A stretch of 64,000 nt of DNA. Source: Desulfobacterales bacterium. Its GTDB lineage: Bacteria > Desulfobacterota > Desulfobacteria > Desulfobacterales > JAHEIW01. Below the pieces are notes generated by a model that worked only from the letters and a program-made list of their open reading frames with translations, made no database searches and was not told the DNA's origin. A program made the translations under genes and the position numbers. This document shows positions 51,226 to 61,073 of the stretch, one piece after another (positions within the stretch are counted from its first letter, which is position 1; every line of letters starts with the position of its first letter). Location of the stretch: positions 122,531 to 186,530 of the forward strand of contig JASJAN010000002.1 of NCBI GenBank assembly GCA_030066985.1. Reading direction: 5' to 3'.

Positions 51226-51573
51226 ATGAACACAAAAATGATGATCATATTGTCGGCAATGGTCATGGCCGGAATGATGGTGACAGCTCCGGCATTGGGT
51301 GGTGAAACGGATCGTGCTCGTCTGGAAGTCATTGTGGATGAATATATTAGCGCCTGTGAGGCCAAATCCGCAATGCTGAATTCCAGCAGCGAAAAAATCC
51401 GACGGGCTGCCATGCTTTCCTGTCTGCGAGCCACTTTTGCCCGCAGAGCAAAATCTGAGCTTGTTGATGAAATGGTCGCCCATAAGGTGGATCCCAAGCC
51501 ATATAAGGTTCACCATTTTCTGAATGCCCGCTTTAACGAAGTCGTAGATTCCAGCCAACTGGCTTTGAAATGA
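51226..51573 (+). CDS. small secreted protein, paralog of 40942-41286
   Basis: Signal peptide (MMIILSAMVMAGMMVTAPALG). GAGGAGG RBS. Shared C-terminal motif with the paralog. Confidence 0.5.
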   Translation: MNTKMMIILSAMVMAGMMVTAPALGGETDRARLEVIVDEYISACEAKSAMLNSSSEKIRRAAMLSCLRATFARRAKSELVDEMVAHKVDPKPYKVHHFLNARFNEVVDSSQLALK

Positions 51574-51923
51574 GGCCAAAAACAAACATTCATCTGCCTT
51601 GTGGTTTGGCCCGCAACCGGATCCGTTGAGTCACGTCGGCGAGCTCAACATGGCCGGGGATGAAGTTTCAATCAGGGGGGGACTTCATTCGGGCCAAACC
51701 CACTCCACGCTGCTGAACAGCGCACACCGCTTCATCAGCCATCCATCCTTCAAGCTGCCGTCAAAATCATATCGACCTTATCGTATTATGTCCTTCAAAT
51801 TAATGTCAAAAACCATGGCACCGCTAAAATAAAATTTTGGCATCTATTCGTTTTCCGTGTATAATATTTAATTATTCCATCTAGCAAAGCCCTGCTGTGC
51901 GTTATTCTAACCCAAGGACTTAA

Positions 51924-54500
51924 ATGAGAATGCCGTCTTTATTTACCCGGGATAAGGTCAAACTGCCTGAGGCCATGGAGGCAAGTTACCAGAAGTATCT
52001 GGTGAAAGTCTGGATGCTGATCGGCATACCGGTCCTAGTTGGTTTTATCATCTATGATTTCATTATCGGACGCTATCTTGTCGGATGTGTTCTGGTGTTG
52101 ATGTTGGCTGTTCTGGCCACTCTTTACATCATCACCAAAAATCCCAGTTCTCGAGCCAAAGAAAAGCAAATCTACAGATATTCGATCACTGTTTTTTTTA
52201 TCCTGTTCGGCTTGTTTTTAATCTATACCATCGGTGTTGAAGGCAATATAACCCGAATGCCATGGGCGTTTCTTTATGCCGTATTGATATTTTTTGCTCT
52301 GGGCGCAACCAGAGGCATTATCTGGACCACTGTTTTAGGTGCGATCCTTTTCTTTTTGACTTACAGCTCAACGCCTGCAAATCTACCCGCCCAGGGGCTA
52401 AAGGCTCGGTTTTTTATGGCGTTTCTGCTGGTGATCGTGGCCGCTTACTTTTTCGAACGCCTCAAAAGACGATATCAGTTGGAGGTGATTGAAAACCAGC
52501 AATCGCTGCAAGAATCAGAGCATCGATATCGAGAAGCATTTGAACAACTCAACCAGGAAATCAACGGACGCCAGCAAGCGGAAAAAGAATATCATCAAAT
52601 TGAAAACCGCTTCCGTGAAATGGCAGATAACATCCGGGAGGTTTTTTGGTTGTTTGACTGGATAGAACAAAAAGTGATCTATGTCAGCCCTGCTTATGAA
52701 GTGATTTGGGACCGCTCGGTTGAGAATCTGTATAATCGTTATGAGGAGTGGGGCAACAGCATCTACCCGGAAGATGTGGAATACGCCAACGAAAGCTTCC
52801 AGGAGATTGTCCAAACCGGTGGTGGTCAAATCAGAGAGTACCGTATCGTGCGGCCGGATGGCTCGGTACGCTGGGTATCAGACAGGGGCTTTGCCATCAA
52901 GGATGAAAGTGGCAAGGTGGCGCGAATTGCCGGAATCGCTGAAGACATTACCGACCGTAAAAGGGCAGAAACAGCCCTGCGTGAAAGCGAGGAACGCTTC
53001 AGGGAGCTGGCTGAATTAATGCCGGAAACCATCTTTGAAATGGATTTAAGCGGAAATTTAACCTACGTGAATCGCAACGCTTATAACTATTTCGGATATA
53101 CGCGCACCGATTTTAAAAATGGTTTAAAAAATCAGGACATGCTGATCCCTAAAGACCGTGAGCGGGCCACTGAAAATGTTGCTAAAATACTTGAGGGTGA
53201 AAAAACCGGTATCAATGAATATACGGCCCTGCGAAAAGATGGCACTACTTTTCCGGTAATGGTCCATTCGGCGCCTATTTTTAAGGAAGGCCAGCCGGTT
53301 GGCCTCAGAGGCTTTATCATCGATATTTCCGACCGCAAAAAGGCCGAAGAAGAACGCCACAAATTGGAAGTTCAATTCCAACAGGCCCAGCGCTTTGAGG
53401 CCCTGGGAACCCTGGCCGGCGGTATTGCCCATGATTTTAACAATCTTTTGATGAACATTCAGGGCAATACATCATTGATGCTATGCGAAATTAAGACCAG
53501 CCATCCATACTTCCAATTGCTGAAAAATATCGAGAAACAGGTTAAAAGCGGTGCCCAGCTAACCCGTCAAATGCTGGGGTATGCCCGCAAAGGGAAATTC
53601 AATGTCAAGGCCATCGATTTAAACCAGGTTGTCGAAGAAAGCACCGAAACCTTCGGTCGAACCCGCAAGGAAATTACGATACAGCGAGATTTGGAAGAAG
53701 ATCTGTACCCCATCGAAGTCGACCGGGGACAAATTGAACAGGTGCTGTTAAATCTGTATGTAAATGCCGCCGATGCCATGCCTGGCGGCGGCACGCTTAG
53801 TTTGAAAACAAATAACGTCAGCCATCTGAATATCAAAAGTACCCAGTACAGTGCCAACCCGGGCCATTATGTTCAATTAACTATCAGCGACAGTGGTATC
53901 GGGATGGACCGGCATACATTGGAACACCTGTTTGATCCATTTTTTACAACCAAAGAAATGGGTCGGGGCACCGGTTTGGGCTTGGCCTCGGTTTACGGAA
54001 TTATCAAAAGCCATGATGGCTACATTGATGTTGAGTCAGAAAAAGGCCAAGGAACAACCTTCACCATTTTTCTACCCGCCTCCGATAAAGCGGTTGAAGA
54101 TCATACTGATACAGCCGCCGAACTGATCAGGGGCAGCGGAACGATCTTGGTGGTAGACGATGAAAATCTGGTATTGGATGTGGCTGCCAATATGCTTGAA
54201 AAATTAGGGTACACCGTCCTGAAAGCGCTAAATGGTAACGAAGCCGTCAATATTTTCGAAACCCATAAAGATGAGATTCAAATGGTGGTACTGGATATAA
54301 TTATGCCGGATATGGGTGGCAGTGAGGTCTATGATAAAATCAAAACCATACATCCGGATGTGAAGGTGCTGCTATCAAGCGGATATAGCGTGGATGGGCA
54401 GGCCATTGAATTGCTGGAACGCGGCTGCGACGGCTTTATGCAGAAACCATTCACCATGGAGGAGTTATCGGGGAAGGTAGAACAAGTTCTTACCAAATAA
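51924..54500 (+). CDS. membrane-bound hybrid sensor histidine kinase (about 6 TM, PAS x2, HisKA, HATPase, REC)
   Basis: AGGIAHDFNNLL, GTGLGLASV, receiver (ILVVDDEN ... VVLDIIMPDMGG). Confidence 0.85.
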   Translation: MRMPSLFTRDKVKLPEAMEASYQKYLVKVWMLIGIPVLVGFIIYDFIIGRYLVGCVLVLMLAVLATLYIITKNPSSRAKEKQIYRYSITVFFILFGLFLIYTIGVEGNITRMPWAFLYAVLIFFALGATRGIIWTTVLGAILFFLTYSSTPANLPAQGLKARFFMAFLLVIVAAYFFERLKRRYQLEVIENQQSLQESEHRYREAFEQLNQEINGRQQAEKEYHQIENRFREMADNIREVFWLFDWIEQKVIYVSPAYEVIWDRSVENLYNRYEEWGNSIYPEDVEYANESFQEIVQTGGGQIREYRIVRPDGSVRWVSDRGFAIKDESGKVARIAGIAEDITDRKRAETALRESEERFRELAELMPETIFEMDLSGNLTYVNRNAYNYFGYTRTDFKNGLKNQDMLIPKDRERATENVAKILEGEKTGINEYTALRKDGTTFPVMVHSAPIFKEGQPVGLRGFIIDISDRKKAEEERHKLEVQFQQAQRFEALGTLAGGIAHDFNNLLMNIQGNTSLMLCEIKTSHPYFQLLKNIEKQVKSGAQLTRQMLGYARKGKFNVKAIDLNQVVEESTETFGRTRKEITIQRDLEEDLYPIEVDRGQIEQVLLNLYVNAADAMPGGGTLSLKTNNVSHLNIKSTQYSANPGHYVQLTISDSGIGMDRHTLEHLFDPFFTTKEMGRGTGLGLASVYGIIKSHDGYIDVESEKGQGTTFTIFLPASDKAVEDHTDTAAELIRGSGTILVVDDENLVLDVAANMLEKLGYTVLKALNGNEAVNIFETHKDEIQMVVLDIIMPDMGGSEVYDKIKTIHPDVKVLLSSGYSVDGQAIELLERGCDGFMQKPFTMEELSGKVEQVLTK

Positions 54501-54847
54501 TATTCTATTCACCATCTCCCATTTTGAAATCCTTTTGGTTTTATTGTGACGGTCTCTCCTTTGCTGGCATCTAACAATAACAGCTTTATATAGGATCAAA
54601 TCAAATTTAGGCGGGTTAATTCGTCTTTGCTTTGGTGATTATGAAATTAGACACTGATAAATATAAAATGAATTGGAACCGGAATTTAATCAAGTTAATC
54701 CATAATAAACCGATAATCGTTTAAATTCTCAGCCGAAACAGCATGGCTTGTTTTTTTTATATGCGGCTATAATTTGACATTAATTAAACATGTTCTCCAA
54801 AGTCTCTCATAAGCAAAATTAAATATAATCTATAACTAGTGAATAAT

Positions 54848-55597
54848 ATGAAAGCTATCATTGTTAGTGATTTACATATCGGCTCACGGTATTTTCTGCG
54901 TGCTGACTTCATGAAGTTTCTTCAACATATTCCTCAAGATCATGAATTTATTTTAAATGGAGATATCATTGACAATCCATATGCAAAAATGTCGTCGGCC
55001 GACCAGGCGCTGCTGGATTATTTGAGAGAGATGTCTCTGAGGCAACCGGTGGTCTGGGTACGAGGCAATCACGACAATGGTTATGTACCTGATAATTTTT
55101 GCAAAGTTAAGATTAAAAGGCATTATGCCGTGCAGAAACGTCTGTTCATCACCCATGGTGATTTTTTTGACGAAGTGATGCCACAGAGTCGTCTTTTTAT
55201 CAAAACATTTAATATGTTACATGATTTCAGGATTCGGCTTGGCGCTCGACCTGTTCATGTGGCCCGGTATGCCAAAAAATGGCGGCGCTTTTATGCCTAT
55301 CTGCGTAAAAATGTGACGTTAAATGCCGTCAATTATGCTGCAAAACATGGATTTAAGGCCGTGACCTGCGGTCATACCCACTATGCTGAAGAACAGTTTA
55401 TTAATGGTATCAAATACTTAAATACCGGCGCTTGGACCGAACAGCCGACCTATTACGTGCAGGTAACCGCCACTGATATAATGTTGAAAAAATCAACAGA
55501 TACGGCTGATTGGTCCAGATCATCGGATCTCCAAACAGTTGAGCGGTCATCTGTTGATCTGCAACAACCGGCCCAACCGGTTACCCATCAAAATTAG
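54848..55597 (+). CDS. calcineurin-like metallophosphoesterase
   Basis: DLHIG, GDIID, GNHD, and GH ... GHTH metal-ligand motifs in canonical order. Confidence 0.65.
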   Translation: MKAIIVSDLHIGSRYFLRADFMKFLQHIPQDHEFILNGDIIDNPYAKMSSADQALLDYLREMSLRQPVVWVRGNHDNGYVPDNFCKVKIKRHYAVQKRLFITHGDFFDEVMPQSRLFIKTFNMLHDFRIRLGARPVHVARYAKKWRRFYAYLRKNVTLNAVNYAAKHGFKAVTCGHTHYAEEQFINGIKYLNTGAWTEQPTYYVQVTATDIMLKKSTDTADWSRSSDLQTVERSSVDLQQPAQPVTHQN

Positions 55598-55833
55598 ACG
55601 TTGATTACATGACGGGTTTTTAGCGGTTAGCCCGTACCCGTTTATTGGCAAAGGAATCAACTCAAACATATTACCGGTTTCACCAGGCCTAACTGGCTCA
55701 ATCCCGTTTCACGAGGACCTTCGGCAGGCTCAACCGGCCAACCTATTATTATCGGCTACTATTTTTACCTTGATACCCCCATAACGATCCGCTAAGGATA
55801 GGCTCAAACTCGAATAAACTTGCGGAGGCACCC

Positions 55834-57336
55834 ATGGGGGGCTTTAAAGAATATGATCAATATGATGGGCTTGGGCTGGCAGAACTGGTCAGCAAGAAAA
55901 AAGTCACCGCGTCTGAAATCTGTGAAGAGGCCATTTCCCGCATCGAGGATGTCAATCCTGCTTTAAATGCGGTCATCACGCCCCTGTTCGATCTGGCCCG
56001 CAAAGCGGTTCAGGAAGCACTTCCCGACGGCCCTTTTTGCGGTGTGCCTTTTCTGTTAAAGGATTTGTTATGTGACCTTGCCGGCGTCCCCCAGACCATG
56101 GGATCCAAAGCCTGCCAACATTACATCCCCCCCCAGGACAGTGAGTTGGTCAAACGTTACAAACAAGCCGGTCTGGTAATTCTGGGAAAAACAAACTTGC
56201 CCGAATTCGGATTGCTGGGCATCACAGAGCCAAAATTGCACGGACCAACCCGCAACCCGTGGAATCCGGACCATACACCCGGCGGTTCAAGTGGCGGATC
56301 AGCCGCCGCGGTTGCCAGTGGAATGGTACCGTTGGCTTCAGCCAGCGATGGCGCCGGTTCGATCCGCATCCCGGCTTCTTGTTGCGGCCTGTTTGGTTTA
56401 AAAACCACCCGGGGCCGCACGCCCAGCGGGCCGCCCTACGGCCGCACCTGGCAGGGCGCGGTGATTGAACATGTGATCAGCCGCTCTGTAAGGGATAGCG
56501 CAGCCATTCTGGATGCAACCCATGGTTGCGATGCGGGGGCCCCTTATGTCATCCCGCTGCCGGCACAGCCCTATCTGGACGAACTCGATCAGAGCCCGGG
56601 GTGTCTTAAAATCGCATTTAATACCCGATCACCCATCGATACCAAGGTGCATCCGGAATGCATCGGCGCGGTGGAAAAAACAGCGGAGCTTCTTGAAGAA
56701 TTGGGCCACACGGTGGAAGAAACACGTCCGCAAATTAACGGCCAGGCCCTGGCCAGGGGTTTGGTCACACTGTACGCCGGCGAGGTCGCCGCTTTGATGG
56801 AGGATTTGAAATTAATGCGCGGCAAAAAAGTAACTCCGTCTGATGTGGAAACCCTTACATGGACGGTGGCCTTACTGGGGCGCAGCTTTAAAGCCGGCCA
56901 TATTGTAAAAGCCAAACGTGAATGGGAGCTTGCGGCCAGAATTATGGGGCGTTTCCATGAAGACTATGATCTGTACCTGACCCCCACCATGGCCTACCCG
57001 CCGGTAAAAATAGGTGAGCTAACGCCAGGCCCAATGGAGTTGGCAACACTGAAAGTCATCAATACTCTGGGGCTGGGCCGCTTGCTCATCAGTTCGGGAA
57101 TGACAGACAAGCTGGCGGTGCAAAACCTTGAGAAAACGCCATTTACGCAACTGGCCAATTTCACCGGCCAGCCGGCCATGTCGGTGCCGCTGTATTGGAC
57201 CACGGATGGGTTGCCCTGCGGTGTGCAGTTTATGGGGCGTTATGGAGATGAAGCCACATTATTGCGGCTGGCGGCTCAATTGGAAAAAGCGCAGCCCTGG
57301 TTTGAAAAACGGCCGCCGATTTTCGCATCTAAATGA
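55834..57336 (+). CDS. amidase (amidase-signature family)
   Basis: Signature [32 protein letters not shown] with Ser-cisSer-Lys triad context. Confidence 0.85.
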   Translation: MGGFKEYDQYDGLGLAELVSKKKVTASEICEEAISRIEDVNPALNAVITPLFDLARKAVQEALPDGPFCGVPFLLKDLLCDLAGVPQTMGSKACQHYIPPQDSELVKRYKQAGLVILGKTNLPEFGLLGITEPKLHGPTRNPWNPDHTPGGSSGGSAAAVASGMVPLASASDGAGSIRIPASCCGLFGLKTTRGRTPSGPPYGRTWQGAVIEHVISRSVRDSAAILDATHGCDAGAPYVIPLPAQPYLDELDQSPGCLKIAFNTRSPIDTKVHPECIGAVEKTAELLEELGHTVEETRPQINGQALARGLVTLYAGEVAALMEDLKLMRGKKVTPSDVETLTWTVALLGRSFKAGHIVKAKREWELAARIMGRFHEDYDLYLTPTMAYPPVKIGELTPGPMELATLKVINTLGLGRLLISSGMTDKLAVQNLEKTPFTQLANFTGQPAMSVPLYWTTDGLPCGVQFMGRYGDEATLLRLAAQLEKAQPWFEKRPPIFASK

Positions 57337-57347
57337 AAAGCGGTTGT

Positions 57348-58229
57348 TTATGATGATGGTTTGTTAGCCGTCTTGCCAAGCTTTTCAAGTTGCTTGTCAA
57401 TGGCCACCTGAAAACCTTTGAGGCTGCGATCTCTGAGGCGCCTGCCATTGACAAAAACCGTTGGGGTGCCCCTGACCCCGGCCCGGCGCCCATCTGAAAG
57501 ATCTCTTCTTACCTTTCCCTGAATGGATGGATCTTTCTTCATTTTCTCATATTCTTCCAGGTTTAAACCGACGGCCACAGCAATATCTTGGATTTTTTGG
57601 TCATTGATCTTGTTATAGTTTTCGAATAACAGGTCGTGAAACTCCCAGAATTTTCCCTGGCTTTCAGCCGCCAGGGCTGCAACTGCCGCCTTCATGGCGA
57701 ATTTATGGTTTTGCAGAGGAAAGTTTTTAAAAACCACTTTGACATCTTGCGGATATTTCTCGAGCACCTGCTCGAGTACGGGCACGAGCCCGGCACAGTA
57801 CTTTCATTGAAAATCATCGAAAACAGCAATCACAATCGGTGCCTCTTCAGACCCCTTGAATGGAGAGCCGGATGTATTGATCTGCTGGATAAAATCAATG
57901 GAAATCACCTGCACGGTTTTGTTTTTGCCGCTGCCCAAAATTAAAGTGTCACCTCTGGGCCCCAACTTAATTTGATCCACGTGTTTACCAACATCTATGG
58001 TGGCCTCCGGCCGGGTGCTGGTCGAGTAAATCAAAACTTTACCCTCATCGGTCAGAATAAAAATTTTGCGGCCGTCATAGGTAATGGCCACGTCAATGGG
58101 TGACGCATCCAGCTTCAAGGTCTGATAGACCTCCCACTCCAGGTTATCGGAAGCCAGGAGGCCGGTAAAAGCGCCCGGTGCGATTACCAAGATCATCACC
58201 ATGATCAAATTGCGAATTTTCCAATTCAT
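57348..58229 (-). CDS. secreted DsbA/DsbG-like thiol:disulfide oxidoreductase with an in-frame TGA at 57804-57806; candidate selenoprotein with UxxC active site
   Basis: The six-frame ORFs 57804..58229 and 57348..57785 are in one frame separated by a single TGA. Read-through gives VFDDFQ-U-KYCAG in exactly the position of the F(x)DxxCPxC thioredoxin-fold motif. The rest matches DsbA-like proteins (VVFKNFPL ... QGKFWEFHDLLF ... GVRGTPTVFVNG). AAGGAG RBS and signal peptide at the N-terminus. A hairpin with a UCGU loop lies 11-12 nt after the UGA (57779-57792). Confidence 0.6.
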
Positions 58230-58524
58230 TTCTCAAGCTCCTTGTTCGCAGCAGCAGCAGATCGGCTGTCATTTAAAAAAACTATTATAGCATATCAAAA
58301 AGAAAAATCTTTGATTATTTTTACGCGCCCGTTTGCCTATTTCGATCCGAAAATCCTGCTATTTTTTATTAACATCTGAACAATTGCCATAACCTTACCA
58401 TTTACAAAAGAAAATGCAACAGGCGCCAGAATCAGAGATCGATTATAAAGATACTATGACCCCTAAATCGTGCAGATCGCCTTCAATATGACATTTACCG
58501 GCGATTATCATAAGGTTTAATACG

Positions 58525-58563
58525 CTAGAAACTTATAATTTTATGGGCGTCCCCCTAGTTTTT
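58525..58563. repeat. REP-like unit (CTAGAAACTTATAATTTTATGGGCGTCCCCCTAGTTTTT)
   Basis: Near-identical to 32978-33015, same orientation. Confidence 0.7.
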
Positions 58564-58603
58564 ACTAGCTTGTATTTTTGTTTTAGCTTTGCGTGAGGTT
58601 TCT

Positions 58604-59584
58604 TCATTCCGGTCGATACGGCTTACCCAGGGCCGAGGGGGCCATGCCGGAGAGCATGTTCAATATGGCTTTGAGTTGCGCTTTGCCTTCTGCCCAGATC
58701 TGAACGGATTCTTTCTGGGCAAAGGACATGATCAGGAGGGTAAAAATCATCAAGGGGAAGGGTGCCACCTGAAAAACCTGGGCCGGTACAGACGGCAGCC
58801 ACCCCTGGAGATAAATGCCGATGACCTGTAAAAAGGAAAAAAGATAGGCACCGATGGCGGCACGGACCGGATTCCAGCCACCGAAAATGACCAATGCCAG
58901 CGCGATCCAGCCGGTGCCTTCGGCGCCCTGGGGGCGCCCCCAGCCCGGTTTGGTGGCCAAAGAAAATGTGGCCCCGGCCAACCCAACCAGCATACCGCCG
59001 CAGATGGCATAAAATAACTGCAGCTTTTGCGGACTCATGCCCCGGGCATAGGAAGCGCGTGGGTGTTCACCCACCGAACGCAATTTGAGACCGTATGGGG
59101 TGTAATAAACATACCACCAGCACAGCAGAATCAGCAGCAAGCTGAAATATACCGGTAAATTATGGTGAAAAAATACATCACCGATAAACGGGATCTTTTC
59201 CAACAGCGGGATGGCCAGCGGTTTTACTTGCGGGCCCTGAATGCGGGAGTAAGGGTTGCCGATAAAATAGGCCAAATCGCGGCCCATGAGCGTTAACACA
59301 AATCCCACGGCCACCTGGTTTTGATTCAGGTAAATGCTGAAAACCGCCACCGTCAAAGCCATCAGGCCACCCACCAGCGAACCGGCGACAAAACCAGCCA
59401 GCAGATGCTGGGTCTCAAATGCAACCGCAAATGCCGCCATGGCACTCAGCAATATGGAGCCGTCCAAAGACAGATTGATGAGCCCGGCTTTCTCGGTAAT
59501 GGTCTCGCCCAGAGCCGCCAGCACGATCGGCGCAGCGCCGGCAATCACACCGGCAAATAAGATGGTGATGTCTAGTTCAAGCAT
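58604..59584 (-). CDS. ABC transporter permease (BMP/nucleoside-type system, RbsC-like)
   Basis: Multi-TM permease. Pattern typical of YufQ/NupQ-like permeases. Confidence 0.75.
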   Translation of the reverse strand: MLELDITILFAGVIAGAAPIVLAALGETITEKAGLINLSLDGSILLSAMAAFAVAFETQHLLAGFVAGSLVGGLMALTVAVFSIYLNQNQVAVGFVLTLMGRDLAYFIGNPYSRIQGPQVKPLAIPLLEKIPFIGDVFFHHNLPVYFSLLLILLCWWYVYYTPYGLKLRSVGEHPRASYARGMSPQKLQLFYAICGGMLVGLAGATFSLATKPGWGRPQGAEGTGWIALALVIFGGWNPVRAAIGAYLFSFLQVIGIYLQGWLPSVPAQVFQVAPFPLMIFTLLIMSFAQKESVQIWAEGKAQLKAILNMLSGMAPSALGKPYRPE

Positions 59585-59590
59585 GGCTTT

Positions 59591-59625
59591 TCAATGGAGT
59601 ACTGGAGTATTGGCGTAATGGCGTA
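59591..59625. repeat. tandem GGAGTAnT octamers (GGAGTACTGGAGTATTGGCGTAATGGCGTATTGG) in the intercistronic gap
   Basis: Related copy at 62609-62650. Confidence 0.5.
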
Positions 59626-59660
59626 TTGGACCGAATCAGCATATGTTCTCTTCCTACTCC

Positions 59661-60800
59661 TTACTCAGCTTTGTCTTCTGACCTCTGCTTGCTGCGGCGA
59701 AGCTCGCTAGAGCGAAGACGAGTCTTCTGTTTTCTGTCCTCTGATTTCTGACCTCTGTTCCTTGCGCGTCGCCAGCCGTGAATTCCCAGAGCGGCCAGCA
59801 CCAGGGCGCCCTGGATGACACCGCTCAGGGATGAATCCAGCTGAAGGGCCATGGGCAGCTGGATGCTGCCGACATTCAGACAGGCAAAAAATAAGGCTAC
59901 CAGCGGCACGAGCCAGATATTATAGTTGGACAGCATGGCCACCAGCAGGGCCAGGTATCCGTAATTGCTGGATATGGCCGGCAGCAGGCGGTGATAAACA
60001 CCGCTGACCTGGAGGCTTCCGGCCACACCGGCGAATCCGCCGGCAAATATCATGGCCAGCACCATATTGCGCGCCGGTTTCAGTCCGAACAGATAAGCGG
60101 CGGACGAATTGCTGCCGATGGCTTTTAAATGCAGACCGATTTTGGTGTACCGCAGAATCAGCGCCGTTAAAATCAACGCCAGGCATACAATGCCCAGCGC
60201 CGGCAAAGACAGCCGCAACGAAGCCAGTTGGGGTAGCCACAGGGCTGGCGGAAAAACTTCCGTTCCACTCATTGATGCAACCCCCGGTCGCTTCCAGGGA
60301 CCGAATATCAGCCAAAGAATAACCCCCTGGGCCACAAAATTGAGACCCAGGCCGGCAAAGATTTCATTAACACCGCCCTTTGTTTTCAGAAAGCCGGCGA
60401 TTAGGGCCCACAGGGCACCGCCGATCAGACCGGCGATAATCGATCCCAGAATAATTATCGACGGCATCTGGCTTTCCAGCCCCAAGCGTAAAACTGCGGT
60501 TGTAAAAACAGCGCCCATCATGACCTGGCCTTCGATACCGATATTCCACAACCCGATCCGGAAGGTAAACAGCAAGCCGCAGGCACATAAGGTCAGCGGA
60601 ATCCAGCTTTTGATAACATGGGAAAATTTAATCCAGGACCCCAGCGATCCTTTAAAAATATGATAATAAGCAGCCAGGGGCGGCGCGCCGGCGATCATCA
60701 GAACCAGGGAGGTGAAGAAAAACACAGCAGCAACGGTCACCAACACATTGCGGGATTGCCTTGTTAATAATTCAAATCTATTGGTCATGGGTTCATTCAT
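59661..60800 (-). CDS. ABC transporter permease (YufP-like)
   Basis: Multi-TM permease. Start taken at MNEPMT. Charged C-terminal tail. Confidence 0.7.
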   Translation of the reverse strand: MNEPMTNRFELLTRQSRNVLVTVAAVFFFTSLVLMIAGAPPLAAYYHIFKGSLGSWIKFSHVIKSWIPLTLCACGLLFTFRIGLWNIGIEGQVMMGAVFTTAVLRLGLESQMPSIIILGSIIAGLIGGALWALIAGFLKTKGGVNEIFAGLGLNFVAQGVILWLIFGPWKRPGVASMSGTEVFPPALWLPQLASLRLSLPALGIVCLALILTALILRYTKIGLHLKAIGSNSSAAYLFGLKPARNMVLAMIFAGGFAGVAGSLQVSGVYHRLLPAISSNYGYLALLVAMLSNYNIWLVPLVALFFACLNVGSIQLPMALQLDSSLSGVIQGALVLAALGIHGWRRARNRGQKSEDRKQKTRLRSSELRRSKQRSEDKAE

Positions 60801-61073
60801 AATTAATCGGATTTTTATCGGGTTTGCCGGCCGAAGGTCCCCTTGAAAAGGGATTGGGCTTATCACAGATAATAATTTACGCAAAAAAATAATTTGAAAA
60901 TTTATTCTTTAAACAAGTGTTATAAGCAAACTTAAAAATAGCAGATCACGTTCAAGGGCAAGGCGCAAACCGATTCGAAAGTGGAGTCCGCCTCCGGCGG
61001 ATTAGTATTCGAGCATTTCGAATTGGTTTGTAACACCGCCATTGGGCGTTAGATGCATTTTAAAGTTTGCTTA

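Noticed and set aside
54731-54760. Possible terminator (AGCC ... GGCT followed by T8) upstream of the metallophosphoesterase gene
   Set aside because: The stem is only 4 bp and no upstream same-strand gene ends nearby. Too weak to list as a feature.
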